This document shows positions 47,175 to 56,880 of a stretch of DNA of 57,756 nucleotides, piece after piece. The DNA lies in IMG/VR virus record IMGVR_UViG_3300037518_000144, positions 1 to 57,756 of that record, one strand, 5' to 3'. The translations under genes were made by a program, and so were the position numbers. The notes beneath the pieces were generated by a model that made no database searches, was not told where the DNA came from, and saw nothing but the letters and a program-made list of their open reading frames with translations. This stretch comes from a virus (lineage: Duplodnaviria; Caudoviricetes). Within the stretch, counting starts at the first letter, position 1, and every line of letters begins with the position of its first letter.

Positions 47175-48166
47175 ATGAGCCAGTGGGGCGTGCTCTACGA
47201 AGATACCGGCGAGTGCCATGTTGCGCCGGTGTTGCCGGATGGCCGGCTAGCGCTGCACCATGCATTGCACGAGTTCTGCCCATGCGGGCCGAAGCCACAG
47301 TTGCACGACGATAAGCAGATATGGGTGCATCAAGATGCCGAGCGCGGCGGGTTCGATTCGTAGCGAGTTCTGGGAGAACGATGTGTTTGATGAAGTCCCG
47401 CATACCGGGTACGACTGCTGGAAATTCTCGATTGAGTACCGAGGCGCGTTGCTATGCTTGTGCTGTGGGCGCTTGTATCAGCCATGACAGCGCACAACAG
47501 CGAAGGTAAGCAATGAGCAAAAAACGATCAAATCCAGATCCGCCGCCGCGCCACATGAAGCCCCCTCCCCCGCCCGCCCCTCCGAGTCTTGCATTCATCC
47601 CTGACTACGGCAACGCAGAGCGCATAGAGCGCGTTCTGGAGTTCACCGAGGCACTTGCTCAAGACCCGCGCGGGGCTCAATTCATAGGTCAGCAGGTCGC
47701 GGAGATTCTGGCTTCTGGTAAGAGCGTGTACGTTAAGGTTGTGCGGCCTTCTGACAACACAAACGATGCGCAGCCGTAGATTCACAACCACATGGCGCCA
47801 CGACGTCACAGAGACGATTCGCATAGAATCCGATCATCAGCGCAAGCACCCGTTGGTGTACGGCTGGCTATCGCACCGATTCTACCGACCACGGGCGAGA
47901 GGTGTGCGGATGTTGCGCTATGAGTGGCGGCAGTTTACTGGGATGCCATAACACCGAAACGAATCACAGGAGAAATTGAAATGAACACACAACAGGCAAT
48001 CGACGCACTCTCAGCAATCACGGACGGCGATTGGGAGTCGGCCCGCGCAGCTACCATACTGCACGAGTTTTTGCGCAGCTACGACGCGGAGACTGCCAGG
48101 GTTGCGCAGGCGTACGAGGAAGCCAAGGAGCGTGCAGGGGCTATTGCTTGTCCGTCTCGCTCTTGA
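47175..48166 (+). other. Small genes at the end of the early operon (47175, 47513, about 47981)
   Basis: Short ORFs converging on the lysis genes. Confidence 0.45.
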
Positions 48167-48335
48167 CGCCAGCGGCAAATGACTCTGTTTTCGTCACGGC
48201 CACAAGCCTGTCAGTCAGCGAGTTTGTGGCCTTGTGGATCACCTCGGTTTTTCGAAATAGCACGACGAACCCGCCGATCGCCGTAACCAGCGTGGCGATA
48301 TTGCCGATGATCAGGGCAATCTCGGTGCCGGTCAT
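48141..48335 (-). CDS. Small membrane protein (holin-like)
   Basis: One N-terminal transmembrane segment. Lysis region. Confidence 0.5.
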   Translation of the reverse strand: MTGTEIALIIGNIATLVTAIGGFVVLFRKTEVIHKATNSLTDRLVAVTKTESFAAGVKSETDKQ

Positions 48336-48340
48336 AGCCG

Positions 48341-48574
48341 CTACATCCGGTCCTGAATCGACTGCCGGGTAGCCGCGATTGACTCAAAGCTGGGCTCGCC
48401 GTTCGCTTCCCAGTCCTCAGCATATTTTCGCATCAGGTCATCGACGTTCCGACCTTCCCGGAGTGCGCTCAGTGCATCGTTGAGCAATTCCGCCTGTTGG
48501 TTCTTTCCGCCCGCCGCCAGTACGCCGACAAGCGAACGCCCGAGTACCGTAATCCATAATGCAATGTCCATCAC
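48341..48574 (-). CDS. Lysis-region protein
   Basis: Coupled to the lipoprotein gene. Confidence 0.5.
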   Translation of the reverse strand: MMDIALWITVLGRSLVGVLAAGGKNQQAELLNDALSALREGRNVDDLMRKYAEDWEANGEPSFESIAATRQSIQDRM

Positions 48575-48987
48575 TTCACCCCGCTAACGAGATCGATCAG
48601 TTTGACGAGTTCACTTACCAGCGCGTCAACAGCGGCCTGCAGCTCAGTTTCAGTCGTAGCGCTGCGTAGCTTCTCAAGAGCCATTCCAGCCGCTTCAGTG
48701 CGCTGAGCTGGCCCAGCCTTGCATGCGCCGGTCACAACTGCCTGCGCACGCTCATCGGCGCTACAGACGGTCAGGCGATAGCCCTCTAGCAGCTTGGCCT
48801 TTGTCGAATCAGACACGGCCGGATCTTCACGCAGGTCGGCAATCTGTTCGCCGATAGCATTATGATGGAGGAGCACACTTTTCGCGTACTGCGGTGGCGT
48901 GCTGGCGAGTTCGTAAACCTGTTTTGTGCCGCCACATCCTGCGATCAGGATCAGCAGGAGCGGGAGTAACGATAGCTTCAATTTCAC
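48571..48987 (-). CDS. Lipoprotein (spanin-like)
   Basis: Signal peptide with an LIAGC lipobox, downstream of the endolysin and holin. Confidence 0.65.
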   Translation of the reverse strand: MKLKLSLLPLLLILIAGCGGTKQVYELASTPPQYAKSVLLHHNAIGEQIADLREDPAVSDSTKAKLLEGYRLTVCSADERAQAVVTGACKAGPAQRTEAAGMALEKLRSATTETELQAAVDALVSELVKLIDLVSGVK

Positions 48988-49250
48988 GGTGAGGACTCCT
49001 TCGGTATTTCAGATTTAATCGCAGTTTCCATAGATTTTGCCACCTTTTCAGCTGTCGAATTGCTGAACCCCACGCCCACCGTTGCCGAGCCTACCAACAT
49101 GCCGGCAATGCCCAGCCACCTGATGATGCTGGGATCCAGTAGGCCCTCGAATGCACCGCTGGCAATGAGCGTCATCAGCGTCGTCAGCATCGTTGTGACA
49201 GTGCCAAGTATCTTGGTCCAGTTGTTCGAGACGAGTTGCCAGAAAGTCAT
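48984..49250 (-). CDS. Putative holin
   Basis: Two transmembrane segments and a charged C-terminus. Adjacent to the endolysin. Confidence 0.65.
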   Translation of the reverse strand: MTFWQLVSNNWTKILGTVTTMLTTLMTLIASGAFEGLLDPSIIRWLGIAGMLVGSATVGVGFSNSTAEKVAKSMETAIKSEIPKESSP

Positions 49251-49765
49251 AGTCCTAAGATTCTCCGTATGCGAAGCCAGTGAGAAATGCGATCGTCCAG
49301 GCCGTTATATCCGCCGTTAATAGCGCGAGTCAGTGCCCCGAACCGATCTGCATCGGCGTGCTCGTTGAGCTTCTTCCACTGCCAGAACCACCCCGCAGAG
49401 CGGCAGGCGTTCTCGGGCGTCTCTAGCAGTTCAGGGGACGACAACAGGTCGAGCCCTAGCGCCAGTCCGCAGGCTGTGTAATTCGCCTTGCCGGTTACCT
49501 GAATCAGTCCACGGCCACGGTACTTCACCCCGTCACCGGGAGACGTGTTGCCCAGATCCTTGCGCCCCTCGTATGCACTGCCGTCCGCAATCTCTTTGAC
49601 ATACCTGAGCGAGCCGGACTCGTGTGCTAGCTGGGCGAGAAAGGCGGCCTGTCGCCGTGGCGTGTCAATCTCAAACTCTGCCATCGCATCGGTAAGCGGA
49701 ACCGCAAAGTTCGTCGCTCTGTTCGAGCCGAACGGCATCATTGAAGCGAGTTCAGCGGGCGTCAT
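49247..49765 (-). CDS. Endolysin, glycoside hydrolase family 19
   Basis: AAFLAQLAHESG, YRGRGLIQVTGKANY, TRAINGG. Confidence 0.92.
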   Translation of the reverse strand: MTPAELASMMPFGSNRATNFAVPLTDAMAEFEIDTPRRQAAFLAQLAHESGSLRYVKEIADGSAYEGRKDLGNTSPGDGVKYRGRGLIQVTGKANYTACGLALGLDLLSSPELLETPENACRSAGWFWQWKKLNEHADADRFGALTRAINGGYNGLDDRISHWLRIRRILGL

Positions 49766-49906
49766 CGTCGTCCAGCTCTTTCGGATCGAATCCACGCAGC
49801 CCGTTCGGGCGGAAACCGCCGTGCCACACGTAATAGAGCAGCGCGCCGATAACGATCAACCCCGAGATTGAGATCAACGCCCATACAAGATCACTCATTT
49901 ACCGCC

Positions 49907-50092
49907 TTAGTCCTCTTCGCAGTACGCCTTATTCTGCATCCGCGTGAGATAGCGGAAGTCGTTGTCACACGGCTCCGTATGCGCGCAAATCTGATCGATC
50001 TTCGCTAGCTGATGTGTGGTGAATTCTGCGCGTACTTCGGGCTCTTCGAGAGTTGCCTTCAGTGCGTTGAAGATAATCGTTCTATGGCTCAC
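49907..50092 (-). CDS. Hypothetical protein
   Basis: GGAG RBS. Confidence 0.5.
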   Translation of the reverse strand: MSHRTIIFNALKATLEEPEVRAEFTTHQLAKIDQICAHTEPCDNDFRYLTRMQNKAYCEED

Positions 50093-50107
50093 AATTACTC
50101 TCCTAGT

Positions 50108-50488
50108 TCAATGACCGTCTAACGGTGGAATGTTGATACCCTTTTCCGCAAGCTTGGTGCGGAAGTCCTCAACCTTGTCTAAGGCAACCCGTGCGTGCTC
50201 ACGCCCGGTGTTCGCAATAGCCCTTGCTTCAGCGGCTTGCTGAGCCATGTCTGCTCTTGCCTGCGCAGTACCTGCGGCAACCTCTGAATCGATAATCTTT
50301 GGCATCAGTAGCGCCATCAGAATCAAGCCGATGATCGCACCACCGGAAAGAAACCACGAGAATGCAACCCACGGCAGCGCTTTGTTGACGCTCTGGTCAA
50401 TATTCCCAGTAAGCGGACTGCGCTCACCGCCGATAATCCGCGCCACTGGCAGGCCGAACTCATTACGCTCGTCAGCTTCAGCATTCAT
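50108..50488 (-). CDS. Membrane protein
   Basis: One transmembrane segment plus a coiled coil. Confidence 0.6.
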   Translation of the reverse strand: MNAEADERNEFGLPVARIIGGERSPLTGNIDQSVNKALPWVAFSWFLSGGAIIGLILMALLMPKIIDSEVAAGTAQARADMAQQAAEARAIANTGREHARVALDKVEDFRTKLAEKGINIPPLDGH

Positions 50489-50811
50489 GGCGTCATCCTG
50501 TCGATGAACCACATGATTACGCCGATCATCACAACCACCGCCGCAACAACACCCGCCCCCTTGCTGATCCCACTGCTGTTGACGTTGATGCGCTGCGTGA
50601 CGTTTCCGAATCGCTCATCGTCCTGCTTGACGTGATGTTCAAAGCTTTCCTTGATTGCCTGCTGACCTACCTTCAGTTCAGCCAGGGCAACCAGTACACA
50701 CTCACGGAATTCGCGCTCGTTGTCCGCGACTTTCAGCAACGCCGCAGTTTCTTGCGCGATTCGACGGGCTTCGTCGCGGCCTATCTCACCGGGCCTGGTG
50801 TCGGCGCTCAT
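50485..50811 (-). CDS. Membrane protein with a C-terminal anchor
   Basis: Coiled coil plus a C-terminal transmembrane segment. Confidence 0.6.
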   Translation of the reverse strand: MSADTRPGEIGRDEARRIAQETAALLKVADNEREFRECVLVALAELKVGQQAIKESFEHHVKQDDERFGNVTQRINVNSSGISKGAGVVAAVVVMIGVIMWFIDRMTP

Positions 50812-50907
50812 TCGTTCACATCTTGCATTACGTCAACTCGCTGGATTTGCTGCGGCGTTTTTGTCTACGATTGCGATCGAATTCAAACAAAAAAGGGGAT
50901 TTGACTT

Positions 50908-51024
50908 ATGGACTTCTTAAAAGCTATCTTTTGGCTGATAGTCCATCTTATATACACGTTGTACGAAATCACCTTTCTTGAGCTATTTTGGAGACTCAAA
51001 AATATCCGAAAGCGCTCTCGGTAG
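50908..51024 (+). CDS. Small hydrophobic antisense peptide, 38 aa
   Basis: MDFLKAIFWLIVHLIYTLYEITFLELFWRLKNIRKRSR. AAGGGG RBS, AT-rich. Confidence 0.5.
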   Translation: MDFLKAIFWLIVHLIYTLYEITFLELFWRLKNIRKRSR

Positions 51025-51246
51025 ATAATCGCAATAACAACAGCGCCAGGAGGCGACCGTGCGCATCAACTTACTTTGGTGGGCGCCATGGGGGCGGTAC
51101 CGTGTCCGCGCCCCTCTAGGAGCCATTGATTCATGGGTATTTTCACTGTTCTCTCGCGACAGAACCTGCGGCGTCCGGCTACTTGGATTTGACTTACAGC
51201 TTTCTGCCGACGCCACCAGTAGCGGATTGTCCCTGGCAATCATGCT

Positions 51247-53217
51247 TTAGGGCAGCAGCTCCACCGTCAGCATCTTAAGTGTCACCGTGTCCGCTCCTGC
51301 TGGCGTTGCGCGTACGCCGACATCCAAGGCGGTTGCCGTGTCTTCTGCAGCCGTACCGATGAACGGCAGGGCAGTCGCGCCGTTGAACCCAACGCCCTGC
51401 ACTCGCTGCGATGTTTCAGACACATTCAATACTTCTGCTTCAAAGTACCAACTGTTGGTATCGTTGGCGTCCGCATTGAATGTGAAATCGGTTGACCCGA
51501 AACGGAATGCAATGGTCTTGTTTCCAGCGCTACCCGTCTTGGTCCCGCTTCCTTTCACGCGAATGCCGCGCGTGCGGTCCATCCTGGCCGCGGGCAAAGT
51601 AAGTGATAATGACCCCGCGCCTGGGCCTGTAGCGACCTGATCCGAGGCAGTGCGCAGTATAAGTGCCGAATAGTCAGCCGTTGGGGTTGAGGCACCTGCT
51701 AACTGCTCAGGCGTGGTTACGCTGCGATAGGAATTTGTTCGCACAATTGGGGATGCACCAACGATCTGTAGCCCTGTTGACCAATTCTCGAAGTGGTTCC
51801 CTATAACCGTGACATTCGCGACGGTGGCCGGAGCGGCAATAGCTGTGCCTACGCTGATATCGTGACCGTAGAACGCGTTGTTCTTAATGAGTAGATTGGT
51901 TGAGTTCGTCGAACTGTCGTTTAGTTTTATCGCCTGCTCGCTGGCACTTGGCGCATTCACCTTTACGAACGTATTCCCTTGTATGGTTAAGAACGATGCG
52001 TCCTCAATGACGCAAATGTCCTGATCGATAGTCTGAATGAAGTAGTTGCTTTCAGCGGTACAGAAATTTGCAGTCGTCGAGAGCTTGATTATCTCCGCAG
52101 ATCCAGTGACCGACCCATAGCCAAGGTTCCCGCGGAATACGACGTGAGAGCTGGCGGCAACATAGAAGCACGCTCCATGCCCAGCTACGCAGTCCTTGAC
52201 GAAGTTGTCGGAGGCAATACAACGTGTAGACGTTGAGAACGCAATTCCCTTTCCGCCAGAGTTATTGATGATGTTCCCGTGGAAAAGGATCTGCTCGGCC
52301 GTAAGGCTGTTGCCCTGGCATCGAAGGCTGGTCGTAAATACGCCGGTGCTGCCGCCTGAGTCAACACCGCATTCGTCCATAAAATTGTAGGCTGCAACTG
52401 CGTGCTTCATGTCTTCGAAGTACACGCCTGGACCGCGCATTTTCGTATACTTACCAGATAGCACTTGCACGTCTGTTGTGCCCTTAACCCGCAGTCCTTT
52501 TGCTACCTCGTTGCCATGGAGATTGATGCCGCGAAACCGAGATCCGGCAACTGCAGCATTATCTGCGTCGATCATCCAGCTGGCATCATCGACAGATGCC
52601 GGATTCGGAAATGATGCAAGCGCTTTGATTTGCGCGCCTGCCGCCATCTCGATATTTATCTTCCCGTCGATCGTCAGAGTACTGCTGATACCGTAGGTGC
52701 CAGCAACGATCAGTAGCTTTTCGCCAGATACAGTCGCTGCATCGAAAGCGGCCTGTAGTTCTGCTGTGTCATCAGCTACACCGTCGCCTGTCGTACCAAA
52801 GCGGCGCACATCACCAGGTGCATCTGGGTTGCGGGAAAAGTTCACCGGCGTCACGACCGTGGCGATCTCGGCGGCGGTGCGCGGATACAGATATCCACCG
52901 ATGATTGCCTGCGATAGTACCCGGTCGTTCACTGGGTCTACGGCTGGATATATCTCTACATCAGCGCTATCTGTGAATGTCACCCGATACAGAATGTCGG
53001 GGTTCAGATAGATCGGCGGAAAGCGTCCTGCAGCATCGGCAATGACAGGGTTTGTGTGCGGTGTCGTGAGCGCAGAATCTTGGTAGGTGTCTGTCGGCGT
53101 GGAAGTGCCGGTCAGAAAGAAACTAACCTTTGCGCCAGCGACGAGCGTTAAGTTGTCGCTGATTGCCGTTGCTTTTGGCAGGCGGAAGATTTGGTGGGCC
53201 ATTAGGTTATATCCCAA
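51247..53217 (-). CDS. Tailspike with a pectate-lyase-like beta helix
   Basis: DVRRFG..GDGVADDTAELQAA motif, N-rich beta-helix repeats, N-terminal NPVIADAAG head-binding-like domain. Confidence 0.85.
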   Translation of the reverse strand: MGYNLMAHQIFRLPKATAISDNLTLVAGAKVSFFLTGTSTPTDTYQDSALTTPHTNPVIADAAGRFPPIYLNPDILYRVTFTDSADVEIYPAVDPVNDRVLSQAIIGGYLYPRTAAEIATVVTPVNFSRNPDAPGDVRRFGTTGDGVADDTAELQAAFDAATVSGEKLLIVAGTYGISSTLTIDGKINIEMAAGAQIKALASFPNPASVDDASWMIDADNAAVAGSRFRGINLHGNEVAKGLRVKGTTDVQVLSGKYTKMRGPGVYFEDMKHAVAAYNFMDECGVDSGGSTGVFTTSLRCQGNSLTAEQILFHGNIINNSGGKGIAFSTSTRCIASDNFVKDCVAGHGACFYVAASSHVVFRGNLGYGSVTGSAEIIKLSTTANFCTAESNYFIQTIDQDICVIEDASFLTIQGNTFVKVNAPSASEQAIKLNDSSTNSTNLLIKNNAFYGHDISVGTAIAAPATVANVTVIGNHFENWSTGLQIVGASPIVRTNSYRSVTTPEQLAGASTPTADYSALILRTASDQVATGPGAGSLSLTLPAARMDRTRGIRVKGSGTKTGSAGNKTIAFRFGSTDFTFNADANDTNSWYFEAEVLNVSETSQRVQGVGFNGATALPFIGTAAEDTATALDVGVRATPAGADTVTLKMLTVELLP

Positions 53218-54454
53218 CCGGATAGGTTATGGTCCAACCGGACGAAAGTCCTTTTGTACCAGATGCAGTAAATCCAGCCGCATCTCCATTGACTCCTAGT
53301 CCGAAAGTTACAACACCATTAGTCCCCACGGTGGCCCAGCCACCAACAACCGCCCCGTTATCGATCAGATTTGTACAATGGACCGTTATTTGATTTGCCG
53401 GCCTGATGGCCGTAGGTACTGCACTAAGCGTCATGCCCGTACTGTCAGATGTTGTTGATTGTATATTTGCGTTGATCTGCAAGGTAATTAAGTGACCTAG
53501 GCGCCTATAGAAAACATCTCCAGTTGGATTGGAAGAAAACCCAAATAGTGTTCCCGTGTAGCCGTCGTTCAGCGTGCTTACACTTGTGAGTGTTGACTGA
53601 ATCCACTCGTTAGTTGCCGTCTTCGTGATGAAGCACGACATAGCCGGCTCGATAGTTATTTGCCCATCGATAAGCGATCCTGCCCCAAATCCATACAGCG
53701 TTACACCAACCGACCGGGTTACGCCAAGATTGGCATTGCTTCTGTTGATTACCTGAATGCTGGTCCCAACGTCGAATTCCACGCTTGAGTTGAGCGGAAT
53801 CGTCCACGTATACGATGACGAATCTGAGTGCAAAACAATGTTGTTAGCATCTGCCAATACAAATGTGTAATTGGCATTCTGAATGTTAACAGTTGGTAGT
53901 CCGCTAACTTTTTGGGAATTGACGAGAAGAAAACCTGTGCCGAAGTCGATCGTAGGTGATGACGTTCCGCTACGACTCAATGTGGCTATCGCAGTCGCAA
54001 CACTCTCCGCATCGTTCAGCAAATCAATCGTCATCTGCTGAGCATTAACCCGCAACCTCCATTTCTGGTTGTTAGCAGCGGCGTCCGTCTCCTCAAAGAT
54101 CAATTCAGGAGCTGCAGACTTCAGCCTAAACGTCTGCGCCTGATTTTGATTAGACGGCACATCATCGATTGGGTAGCCGGGCTGCGTCACATCGTCCGAG
54201 TCGGTCAGCAGGACGCGGTAGCTGGGGAGCGCCGGATCAAGGTAAATTGGGCCGAAAGCACCAGCGCCGTCAGCAATCACAGGATTGCTGTGCGGGACGG
54301 TTAGATCTTCATCGGTGTATACATTCTGTAAGGTGGACGTACCAGAGATGGAAAACGTAAGCTTCGCCCCTGGCAGCAGCTGATTCGTCGATGACAGAGC
54401 TACGATGCGAGGTAATGTGAATAAAGCGGGCACTACGACCTTCCATAAGCGCAA
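53207..54454 (-). CDS. Tail fibre/second receptor-binding protein
   Basis: N-terminus paralogous to the tailspike. Start probably GTG near 54433. Confidence 0.75.
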   Translation of the reverse strand: MRLWKVVVPALFTLPRIVALSSTNQLLPGAKLTFSISGTSTLQNVYTDEDLTVPHSNPVIADGAGAFGPIYLDPALPSYRVLLTDSDDVTQPGYPIDDVPSNQNQAQTFRLKSAAPELIFEETDAAANNQKWRLRVNAQQMTIDLLNDAESVATAIATLSRSGTSSPTIDFGTGFLLVNSQKVSGLPTVNIQNANYTFVLADANNIVLHSDSSSYTWTIPLNSSVEFDVGTSIQVINRSNANLGVTRSVGVTLYGFGAGSLIDGQITIEPAMSCFITKTATNEWIQSTLTSVSTLNDGYTGTLFGFSSNPTGDVFYRRLGHLITLQINANIQSTTSDSTGMTLSAVPTAIRPANQITVHCTNLIDNGAVVGGWATVGTNGVVTFGLGVNGDAAGFTASGTKGLSSGWTITYPVGI

Positions 54455-54472
54455 AAACCGCCTCTCGGGCGG
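54453..54472 (-). terminator. Intrinsic terminator
   Basis: CCGCC-CGAGA-GGCGG followed by T5 on the minus strand. Confidence 0.55.
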
Positions 54473-54476
54473 CTTA

Positions 54477-54653
54477 ATGTGGCATTCATATAAAAACTAC
54501 TTCCTAACAGCCGAACTGATCGTCGGCACCTCGTTTGCAATTAAAACGATTGAGCACGGATGGCTCATGCTTCCGCTGTCCTACCTGTGTGCGCTACCTA
54601 TTGCAGCGATGGTATTTTTTCTGGGGCGATATCTGCTACCGCCTGACCGCTGA
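54477..54653 (+). CDS. Small two-TM antisense membrane protein
   Basis: 58 aa, hydrophobic. Converges on the ejection gene. Confidence 0.45.
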   Translation: MWHSYKNYFLTAELIVGTSFAIKTIEHGWLMLPLSYLCALPIAAMVFFLGRYLLPPDR

Positions 54654-56880
54654 GAATACTGCTGAGCAGGATTGCCTGCTTTGTAGATGGCTGCATACGA
54701 GCTACCTGACGCAACTGACCGCGCTTTGCTGGATCAAGCAGCGCCTCCGTGATGGCCCCTATGCTTTGCAGCTTGGCGCGCTCCTCGGCGGCATCTTGGA
54801 TGGACTTGCGCGGACTAGTTAACCACCGAAAGACAATGGCGCCCTGGCCCTTCAAGGCTTCGTTCAATTCTTGGTCTCGGAAAGTATTCGAGCCGGCGAT
54901 GCGAGAAGCGCCTAGTGGCGTGCGAGAGAGTTTCTCCATGGCCACCATCAAATCATCGAACGCGGACGACGCGCCGGATGGCAACATGGCACGCATTCGA
55001 TCACGATCACCTGGTGACCCATAAACAGCCTGGCGGAACTTCCCGGCCGGGTTGACGACATCCCCGCCTTGCGTAGTTTTCAGCGCCTGATTCCAGCGAT
55101 GTGCAAGATACTGGCGAACCAATCCCGCATACGCTTCGGGACTCTGTTTTTCCAGAGCCGTTTTCGCAAGATTGATTGCTTGCGGTGTAACGTTGGGATC
55201 ACTGAAGATCTTGACGGCGGCACGCGACACTGTAGGGTCTTTGATGCCAGCAAGGACGCCTACGATTCCTTGCTCCAGCGGCTCTACGTTGGCCCTAATC
55301 AACTCCTGGTAGCGTTGCCGGGCCTGTTTCCATTGGTCATTACTCAGTTCGTCAAGCTTCGAGACCATTTCGTTCTTGCGCTTGAGCAGCGCCGCGGCTT
55401 CCTGGCGCTTGCCCTTAGAACGCAAAGACTCGATCTGGTCATCAAGCCCGCGCTTCAGGTAATCAAGATCGCGAAGACTTGGCGCATCACTAGCTACTGC
55501 TTGCGATGTCGGGGTCGCTCCTGGTGTTGATCGAAGTTCCTTTGAACGACGCATGTACGCGGACTCCAGCGCCTGCATACTCTTTGTCGGATCGTCGTTA
55601 AACAATTTCAACGCCTTGGCGACCGAATCAAGATCGGCCTGAGAAGACGCTGTAGCAATCTGCTGCTCGGGGGCTATCTTCGATCCAACCCTGGCTGTAG
55701 ACGCACCTTCAAGAACGGCGAGTCGTCTTGCACTGCGCATTGCCGTGTCGAAATGCGGCAGTTCAAGCATTTTTATAATTTCCGGGTCAGTGACCTCCGG
55801 AACTGCCGCATAAGCTGCGTCATAAAGTGGCTTGACTTCCTGGTATGTCTTCTCGCGCGCGGCACGAATTACGATTTGCGCCGCATTAACGCCTTCCTTT
55901 CCGGCAATCTCTGACGGCGTGGATTTTGCGATCGTATCTAGCAATCGATTCGTCGCGTTATCCAGTTGACCAGCAGCCGCCTCATCAGCAGCTTGGATCA
56001 GTTCTGCGGTGCGTCCAGGGTAACGAGCTGCGTAATCTCTCAGCGCCAGCAATTTCCGATCTCCAGACGCCTGCGCCAGATCCAGATCGATGCCCGTCGT
56101 CTGTTTGACGTACTGACGCACTTGTTCGGCGGTGCGAACATTCTGCGGCGAGAAATCGACGATTCGACCTCGACCAGCGAAACTTGCGACACCTTTTCCT
56201 ATCAGTCCAGCAGCAAGATTTACAGCGCCTTCTCCCGCCATTTCCTTAGCTACGCTGACCGGCGATGCTGGTTCGTCAAACACCAATTCACTTACAGCAC
56301 GTTTTGCCGCCCTGCCGCCAGCCCCGCCAACGGATGCTCCGCTAACTGGATTGCCTGTCGCGAATGATCCGACAACAGCACCCACCGCCTCTGGAACGTT
56401 TGCAGTGATCTCAGCAAGACCGCTTACGATGCCAGGAGAGACGCGCTTAAGCTGGCCCTGTTCGTCTACATAGACGGGCGTTCCGTCCATGAATCCGATG
56501 CGCTGAGCGCCGTTAGGATCATCCGGAAACAGTGATTTCGCGATCTCCCGGCGCTGAGTATCAGGATCGGCAATGATGCCAGCTTTAACTGATGCGCCGA
56601 AGTTTGCACTATCCGCTGGCAAGGCAGGTCCGCGCTGAGATGCATAGGGATCTACCTGCGATTCGCCCATCGCTACAATGTTTCCGTATAAATCCGGATT
56701 GGCTTTTCCGATCTGTTGCGACATCTCCAAGCGACTAGCTGTGTCAACTAATTGGCGATCACCGGTAGTGCGATTGTGCTGCTCCATGGCTTTCTGAAGC
56801 GCTTGAGCTTGCGTAGAGCCTTCCGGCCCGGACAGCACATAGGATTTACCGTCCGGCGCAGTGACGGTGAACTCAGGCAC
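54598..56880 (-). CDS. Large DNA ejection/internal virion protein
   Basis: MPEFTVTAPDGKSY N-terminus, Gly/Ala hydrophobic segment, helical. Confidence 0.75.
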   Translation of the reverse strand: MPEFTVTAPDGKSYVLSGPEGSTQAQALQKAMEQHNRTTGDRQLVDTASRLEMSQQIGKANPDLYGNIVAMGESQVDPYASQRGPALPADSANFGASVKAGIIADPDTQRREIAKSLFPDDPNGAQRIGFMDGTPVYVDEQGQLKRVSPGIVSGLAEITANVPEAVGAVVGSFATGNPVSGASVGGAGGRAAKRAVSELVFDEPASPVSVAKEMAGEGAVNLAAGLIGKGVASFAGRGRIVDFSPQNVRTAEQVRQYVKQTTGIDLDLAQASGDRKLLALRDYAARYPGRTAELIQAADEAAAGQLDNATNRLLDTIAKSTPSEIAGKEGVNAAQIVIRAAREKTYQEVKPLYDAAYAAVPEVTDPEIIKMLELPHFDTAMRSARRLAVLEGASTARVGSKIAPEQQIATASSQADLDSVAKALKLFNDDPTKSMQALESAYMRRSKELRSTPGATPTSQAVASDAPSLRDLDYLKRGLDDQIESLRSKGKRQEAAALLKRKNEMVSKLDELSNDQWKQARQRYQELIRANVEPLEQGIVGVLAGIKDPTVSRAAVKIFSDPNVTPQAINLAKTALEKQSPEAYAGLVRQYLAHRWNQALKTTQGGDVVNPAGKFRQAVYGSPGDRDRMRAMLPSGASSAFDDLMVAMEKLSRTPLGASRIAGSNTFRDQELNEALKGQGAIVFRWLTSPRKSIQDAAEERAKLQSIGAITEALLDPAKRGQLRQVARMQPSTKQAILLSSILSGQAVADIAPEKIPSLQ

